From assembly GCA_041496385.1 (NCBI GenBank), contig JBGQEL010000123.1, positions 1-12,546 on the forward strand: DNA of 12,546 nt. The letters run 5' to 3'. Both the position numbers and the translations under genes were made by a program. The DNA comes from Candidatus Methylomirabilia bacterium. GTDB taxonomy: Bacteria > Methylomirabilota > Methylomirabilia > Rokubacteriales > CSP1-6. Below are positions 6,574 to 12,546 of the stretch, one piece after another. The notes beneath the pieces are model-generated. The model made no database searches. It had not been told where the DNA came from and was given only the letters and a program-made list of their open reading frames with translations. Each line of letters opens with the position of its first letter. The first letter of the stretch is position 1.

Positions 6574-7449
6574 ATGAACCTCGCCGCCGACCACGCCGCT
6601 CCACGCCCGGCCCTCGCGGGCATCGGGCTCAGGTCGCCGCACGTCGGCGAGGTCATGGCCACCCGTCCGTCGGTCGGCTTTCTCGAGGTCCACGCCGAGA
6701 ACTACATGGCCGGCGGTCCCGCGCTCGCCTCGCTCGAGCGGCTCAGGGCTGACTACCCCGTTTCAGTGCACGCCGTGGGCCTCTCGCTCGGCGGTCCCGA
6801 CGAGCTCGACGCGCGGCACCTCGCCCGGCTCAAGAGCCTGGTGGACCGGATCGAGCCGGTGCTCGTCTCCGAGCACCTGGCCTGGAGCGTGGCCGGCGGC
6901 GTTTACTTCAACCACCTCCTGCCGTTGCCCTACGACAAGGCGAGCCTCGACGTGGTCTGCCGCCGCGTGACGCGGGTCCAGGAGATGCTGGGTCGCACGA
7001 TCCTCGTCGAAAATCCGTCCCTCTATCTGCGCTTCCGCCGCTCCACGATTCCTGAAGGGGAGTTTCTCGCAGCGCTCGTCGAGCGGACCGGGTGCGGGCT
7101 GCTCCTCGACGTCAACAACGTGTACGTCAGCTGCCGCAACTTCGGCGAGGATCCGGCGGCCTACCTCGACGCGATCGACCCGGCCACGGTCGGCGAGGTC
7201 CACCTCGCGGGCCACGCGGAAAACGAGGCCGACGGCCGGACGATCCTGATCGACGACCACGGCTCGCCCGTCGCGGAGCCGGTCTGGCAGCTCCACGCGC
7301 GGATGCTCGAGCGCCTAGGCCCCGTCCCGACGCTGGTCGAGTGGGACACGAGCCTGCCCGCGCTCGACGTCCTGCTCGCCGAGGCCGCGAAGGCCGGGCG
7401 CCTGCTGGAGGCGGCGGGGCGCCGCACGCAGGATGCAGTCCGTGTCTGA
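6574..7449 (+). CDS. bufB: Multinuclear non-heme iron oxidase (MNIO, DUF692), bufferin maturase
   Basis: GIGLRSPH, EVHAENY, HAVGLSLG, SEHLAW, ENPS, LLDVNNVY, EVHLAGH, IDDHG and VEWD motifs. Confidence 0.95.
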   Translation: MNLAADHAAPRPALAGIGLRSPHVGEVMATRPSVGFLEVHAENYMAGGPALASLERLRADYPVSVHAVGLSLGGPDELDARHLARLKSLVDRIEPVLVSEHLAWSVAGGVYFNHLLPLPYDKASLDVVCRRVTRVQEMLGRTILVENPSLYLRFRRSTIPEGEFLAALVERTGCGLLLDVNNVYVSCRNFGEDPAAYLDAIDPATVGEVHLAGHAENEADGRTILIDDHGSPVAEPVWQLHARMLERLGPVPTLVEWDTSLPALDVLLAEAAKAGRLLEAAGRRTQDAVRV

Positions 7450-8227
7450 GCTCGCGCACGGCTTCGCCCGCGCCATCCTGGGCGACGCCGACGGGACGCT
7501 CCTGGAATCGATCCGGGGCGACGGCCTCGAGCCCGCCGCGCGGCTCGCGATCTACCGGAATCACGTCTTCACCACGCTGACCGCCGCGCTCGGGGCGACC
7601 TACCCCGTCGTCTGCCGGCTCGTGGACGAGCGCTTCTTCGCCTACGCCGCCGATCGCTACATCCGCGAGCACCCGCCGGCGGCGCCGTGCCTCGTGGAGT
7701 ACGGGGAGACGTTCGCCGACTTCCTGGCGGCGTTCCCGCCGTGCCGCGAGCTCGCCTATCTGCCCGACGTGGCGCGGCTCGAGTGGGCGATCAACCGCGC
7801 GTTTCACGCGCCCGCCGCCGCGGCCATCGAGCCCGCGCTCCTCCGCGAGATCCCGGCCTGCGACCTCGCGGGGCTCGTCCTTGCCCTCGATCCCTCCGCG
7901 GCCTTTCTCGACTCGCCCTGGCCGGTGGACCGCATCTGGCGGGCCAACCAGCCGGACGCGGATCCCGAGGCCACGGTGGACCTCGACACGGGCGGGGCGC
8001 GGCTCGAGATCCGCCGGCTCGACGGCGACGTCGTGTTCCGCGCGCTCGACGGCGGGACCTGGGCGTTCCGCGCCGCGCTCGCGCGCGGCCGTCGTCTCGA
8101 GGACGCCGCCGGGGCGGGGCGGGCCGCCGATTCCGCATTCGATCTGGCACACGCCGTGCGCGGACTCCTCGACGACGCTCTCGTCGTCGGCCGCCGCGCG
8201 CCAACCTTCCCGATGGAGGAACCATGA
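7433..8227 (+). CDS. bufC: DUF2063 / BufC-HvfC family RiPP maturation partner (alternative start GTG 7442)
   Basis: RLAIYRNH, YPVVCRLV, EYGETF, YLPDVARLEW and SPWPVDRIW motifs. Overlaps the end of bufB. Confidence 0.9.
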   Translation: MQSVSELAHGFARAILGDADGTLLESIRGDGLEPAARLAIYRNHVFTTLTAALGATYPVVCRLVDERFFAYAADRYIREHPPAAPCLVEYGETFADFLAAFPPCRELAYLPDVARLEWAINRAFHAPAAAAIEPALLREIPACDLAGLVLALDPSAAFLDSPWPVDRIWRANQPDADPEATVDLDTGGARLEIRRLDGDVVFRALDGGTWAFRAALARGRRLEDAAGAGRAADSAFDLAHAVRGLLDDALVVGRRAPTFPMEEP

Positions 8228-8703
8228 TGCGAACCGAGACAGCGTCCATGACGAGCGCCTCGAGCGCGCGGAGCCGGATCGCCGCGATCACCGAGCGGCT
8301 CGGCCGGTTTCCTCTCTCGATCGTCCAGGTGCTCTTCCGCCTGGCGGTCGCGAGCGTGTTCCTGAAGGCGGGGCTCAACAAGATCGCGAGCTGGGAGCTG
8401 ACGGTCCAGCTCTTCGCCGACGAGTACAAGGTCCCCGTGCTGCCGCCCGAGCTCGCCGCCCGGATGGCGGCGACGTTCGAGATCGGCTGCTCCGTGCTTC
8501 TCATCGCCGGGCTCGCGACGCGCCTGGCGACGCTGCCGCTCCTCGGCATGATCATGACGATCCAGCTCTTCGTGTACCCGAGCGCCTACTCGGAGCATCT
8601 GACCTGGGCGTCGATCCTGGTGTTCCTGCTCACGCGCGGGCCCGGTCCCTGGTCGCTCGACCGGCTGCTCGGCCTCGAGCCGCCGTCCGACGGGCGCCGC
8701 TGA
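8224..8703 (+). CDS. bufD: DoxX family membrane protein (BufD); start at ATG 8224 or 8227
   Basis: SD GGAGGA at 8215-8220 and ATGA overlap with the bufC stop. RLAVASVFLKAGLNK, LFADEYKVP, GLATRLA and GPGPWSLD motifs. Confidence 0.9.
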   Translation: MMRTETASMTSASSARSRIAAITERLGRFPLSIVQVLFRLAVASVFLKAGLNKIASWELTVQLFADEYKVPVLPPELAARMAATFEIGCSVLLIAGLATRLATLPLLGMIMTIQLFVYPSAYSEHLTWASILVFLLTRGPGPWSLDRLLGLEPPSDGRR

Positions 8704-8717
8704 CGGCCGGGCCAGGG

Positions 8718-10568
8718 GTGGACGCCCCGCCGGCATCGGGGTCGCAGGCGCCTGAGCTGACGGTACCCGCGCTCGCCCCCTGGCAGCGTCTCGGGGTCAG
8801 GCTCGCGGCGGGGTTCGCGTTGCTCACGCTCCTCACCGCGGGCCTCGTGGGCGTCCTCGTGCACGAGCGACAGAAGCGCGAGGTGGAGGACACGGTTGGC
8901 ACGCAGCTCCTGAACATCGCCCGGACCGGCTCCCTCCTCGTGGATCCAGCGCTCCACGCCGAAATCCGGAGGTCGCTCGCGAAGGACTCGCGGGCGTACG
9001 CCCGCCTCCGGGGCTCGCTCGCCGCCATCCAGCGCGAGGTGCTGCTCCCGACTCCGATCCGGACGCTCTCCGACTTCGACCCGGCGCAGCGGCAGGCGAG
9101 GCTCCTGGTGACGAGCGACGGCTCGGGGCGCCCCGGCGACCTGGTGTCGCTCGCGCCCGAGCTGCTCGAACCGCTCGGGTGGACCTTCGAGGACGGCGTC
9201 GCGCGCTACACGCGGATCTACCAGGCCTCGAGCGGCGCGTGGATCACCGCCTTCGCGCCGATCCTGGACCCCCGGGGGCGCACGGTCGCCGTGCTGAGCC
9301 TCGAGTATCCGGTTGATCTCTACTTCGAGCGGCTCTGGGAGCTGGATCGGGCGATCCTGCAAGCGACCCTCGCCGGCGCGCTCGCGGCGCTGCTCATCGG
9401 CTTCCTCGTCGCGCGCCGCCTGACGCGGCCGATCAGCGCGCTCACGCGGGGCGTCGCGCGCGTCGCCGCCGGGGACCTCTCGCAGGAGCTGCCGGTGCGC
9501 TCGCGCGACGAGGTCGGTCAGCTCACCCGCGCCTTCAACGAGATGGTCGCGGGCCTCCGGCAGCGCGACTTCATCCGCAACGCCTTCGGCCGCTACGTCT
9601 CGCCGGAGGTCGCGAAGACCCTGCTCGAGTCGCCCGAGGGGCTCCGGCTGGGCGGCCACAAGCGCGAGATCACGGTGCTCATGTCGGACCTACGCGGCTA
9701 CACGCGCTTCGCCGAGCAGGGGGACCCCGCGCGCGTGATGGAGGTGCTGAACGAGTACCTCGCGCGGATGGCCGACCTCATCATCGAGCACGGCGGCACG
9801 ATCAACGAGTTCATCGGCGACGCGATCTTCGCGGTCTTCGGCGCGCCGCTCGATCATCCCGACCACGCCGAGCGCGCGGCGGCGGCGGCGCTCGCGATGC
9901 AGGGCGCGATGGACGCGCTCAATCGCGCGAACGCCGAGCGCGGGTGGCCGCGCTTCGAGATGGGGATCGGCGTCAACACCGGCGAGGCGGTCGTCGGGAA
10001 CATCGGTTCGGAGCAGCGGACCAAGTACGCGGTCGTGGGCGCGGCCGTCAACCTCGCGGCCCGCGTCGAGGGCTGCACCGTGGGTGGCCAGATCTTCGTG
10101 ACGGCCGCGACCCTCGAGCGCATCCGCGCGCTGGCGGACGTCGCGGAGCCCGTCAGCGTCGAGCTGAAGGGGATCGCCGAGCCGGTGCTGCTCTACGAGC
10201 TCCGCGGGATCGGCGGGCGCTTCGCCAGGCGCCTCGCCGAGGTGGGCGCCGACGAGGACCGTCGGGTCGACGTGGCGCTGCCGCTCCGCGGCTGGGTCGT
10301 GGACGGCAAGCGACTCGCGGGCGAGTTCACCGGCACCGTCGGCCGCCTCGGGCGGCGCGAGCTGGAGGCGAGCCTCGACGCCGAGCTCCCCCCGTTGACC
10401 AACGTGAAGTTCCGGCTCCGCTTCGGGGAGCTCGGTCAGGAATCCGGCGATCTCTACGGCAAGGTGGTACGCACGCGGCCGGGGCCCCCTGCCTCCGTCG
10501 CGAGTATCCGGCTCACCTCGGTGGCCGCGGACGACCAGAAGCTCATCGAGATGCTGCTCGCCCGCTAG
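8718..10568 (+). CDS. Membrane class III nucleotide cyclase: TM, extracytoplasmic Cache-like sensor, TM, HAMP, cyclase, PilZ-like tail; guanylate-type specificity residues
   Basis: Likely GTG start 14 nt after the bufD stop (the ORF-track start at 7881 overlaps bufC/D). Two TM helices, WITAFAPI Cache-like strand, HAMP (RPISAL...DEVGQLTRAFNEM), FGRYVSPEVA, SDLRGYT, EFIGDA, GNIGS and VNLAARVE. Confidence 0.9.
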   Translation: MDAPPASGSQAPELTVPALAPWQRLGVRLAAGFALLTLLTAGLVGVLVHERQKREVEDTVGTQLLNIARTGSLLVDPALHAEIRRSLAKDSRAYARLRGSLAAIQREVLLPTPIRTLSDFDPAQRQARLLVTSDGSGRPGDLVSLAPELLEPLGWTFEDGVARYTRIYQASSGAWITAFAPILDPRGRTVAVLSLEYPVDLYFERLWELDRAILQATLAGALAALLIGFLVARRLTRPISALTRGVARVAAGDLSQELPVRSRDEVGQLTRAFNEMVAGLRQRDFIRNAFGRYVSPEVAKTLLESPEGLRLGGHKREITVLMSDLRGYTRFAEQGDPARVMEVLNEYLARMADLIIEHGGTINEFIGDAIFAVFGAPLDHPDHAERAAAAALAMQGAMDALNRANAERGWPRFEMGIGVNTGEAVVGNIGSEQRTKYAVVGAAVNLAARVEGCTVGGQIFVTAATLERIRALADVAEPVSVELKGIAEPVLLYELRGIGGRFARRLAEVGADEDRRVDVALPLRGWVVDGKRLAGEFTGTVGRLGRRELEASLDAELPPLTNVKFRLRFGELGQESGDLYGKVVRTRPGPPASVASIRLTSVAADDQKLIEMLLAR

Positions 10569-10590
10569 TTCCGCGGCGCCGGGAGAAGCG

Positions 10591-10596
10591 TACAAT
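10591..10596 (+). promoter_or_regulatory. Possible sigma70 -10 element (TACAAT) for the activator gene
   Basis: AT-rich TACAAT in a 43-nt GC-rich gap, 15 nt before the ATG at 10612, which has no SD. Weak -35. Confidence 0.4.
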
Positions 10597-10611
10597 GAAC
10601 GGCTACCTCCC

Positions 10612-12194
<1,583 letters not shown>

Positions 12195-12210
<16 letters not shown>

Positions 12211-12252
12211 TCCCCCCCGGCCGGCGGCCGTCGCCGCCACGACTCTTCGTGG
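12195..12252. promoter_or_regulatory. Two palindromic candidate upstream activating sequences, CCACGA-N4-TCGTRG
   Basis: CCACGAagtcTCGTAG at 12195-12210 and CCACGActctTCGTGG at 12237-12252. They are 42 bp apart and about 160 and 118 bp upstream of the predicted sigma54 start. Confidence 0.65.
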
Positions 12253-12335
12253 GGCTCGCCGAGCCCGTTCCGTCGCGACTCAGCCCTCTGGCCGCTGTTC
12301 CGCGCACTTCCCTGTGACCCTCAACCGACCTCGCC

Positions 12336-12351
12336 CGGCACGGGAGTTGCG
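12336..12351 (+). promoter_or_regulatory. Sigma54 (-24/-12) promoter CGGCACGGGAGTTGCG
   Basis: Matches TGGCAC-N5-TTGC with exact GG-N10-GC spacing. Directly downstream of a sigma54 activator gene and upstream of the STAS ORF. Confidence 0.85.
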
Positions 12352-12377
12352 ATAGAGAGTGCCCGGGACCTGATGAC

Positions 12378-12546
12378 ATGCTGAAGATCGAAGCGATCGA
12401 GACGGCGAACGGAAGCAGACGGCTCCAGCTCGAGGGACGCCTGATCGGCCCGTGGGTCGTGGAGCTGCGCCGCGCCTGCGAGCGTGCGCTCGCGTCACGC
12501 GCCGGGCTCGTCCTCGACCTGTCCGAGGTCGCCTTCGTGGACCGGG
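12378..12546 (+). CDS. STAS-domain (anti-anti-sigma-like) protein, truncated by the window end
   Basis: Manual translation: MLKIEAIETANGSRRLQLEGRLIGPWVVELRRACERALASRAGLVLDLSEVAFVDR... (LxGxL and LDLSxVxFxD STAS pattern). Not in the ORF track. Confidence 0.85.
   Translation, partial: MLKIEAIETANGSRRLQLEGRLIGPWVVELRRACERALASRAGLVLDLSEVAFVDR

Noticed and set aside
7881..8717. N-terminal extension of the cyclase ORF suggesting a larger fusion
   Set aside because: Overlaps bufC and bufD in another frame and is low-complexity. The real start is probably GTG 8718.
8718..10568. Pycsar-type anti-phage cyclase
   Set aside because: The sensor-HAMP receptor architecture and the absence of a cNMP-binding effector gene point to signalling, not defence.
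12223..12266. Hairpins at 12223-12238 and 12252-12266 as intrinsic terminators
   Set aside because: No U-tract follows either, and they interleave with the candidate UAS.

Overview
Very GC-rich (roughly 70% by eye) bacterial window. Gene style suggests Ca. Rokubacteria/Methylomirabilota or Myxococcota, which is inference only. It looks like a stress-response island. Left to right: a frameshifted MIP/aquaporin with a Cys/His tail (minus strand, runs off the left edge); a stand-alone zf-HC2 anti-sigma-type protein; a small membrane protein (minus); a coupled operon of glucose 1-dehydrogenase, GMC oxidoreductase and glycogen debranching enzyme (with an in-frame 3 x 51-bp palindromic repeat insertion); a complete bufferin RiPP cluster (bufA1-bufB-bufC-bufD); a membrane sensor-HAMP class III cyclase with guanylate-cyclase-type specificity residues and a PilZ-like tail; a GAF-AAA+-HTH sigma54 activator; two palindromic candidate enhancer sites, a sigma54 promoter and the start of a STAS gene. 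Five of the transcription units are preceded by the same ECF-sigma-like motif (about CGAAYC-N16-GTGTC). This suggests one regulon, possibly linked to a cNMP/GAF/sigma54 cascade. That link is a hypothesis.
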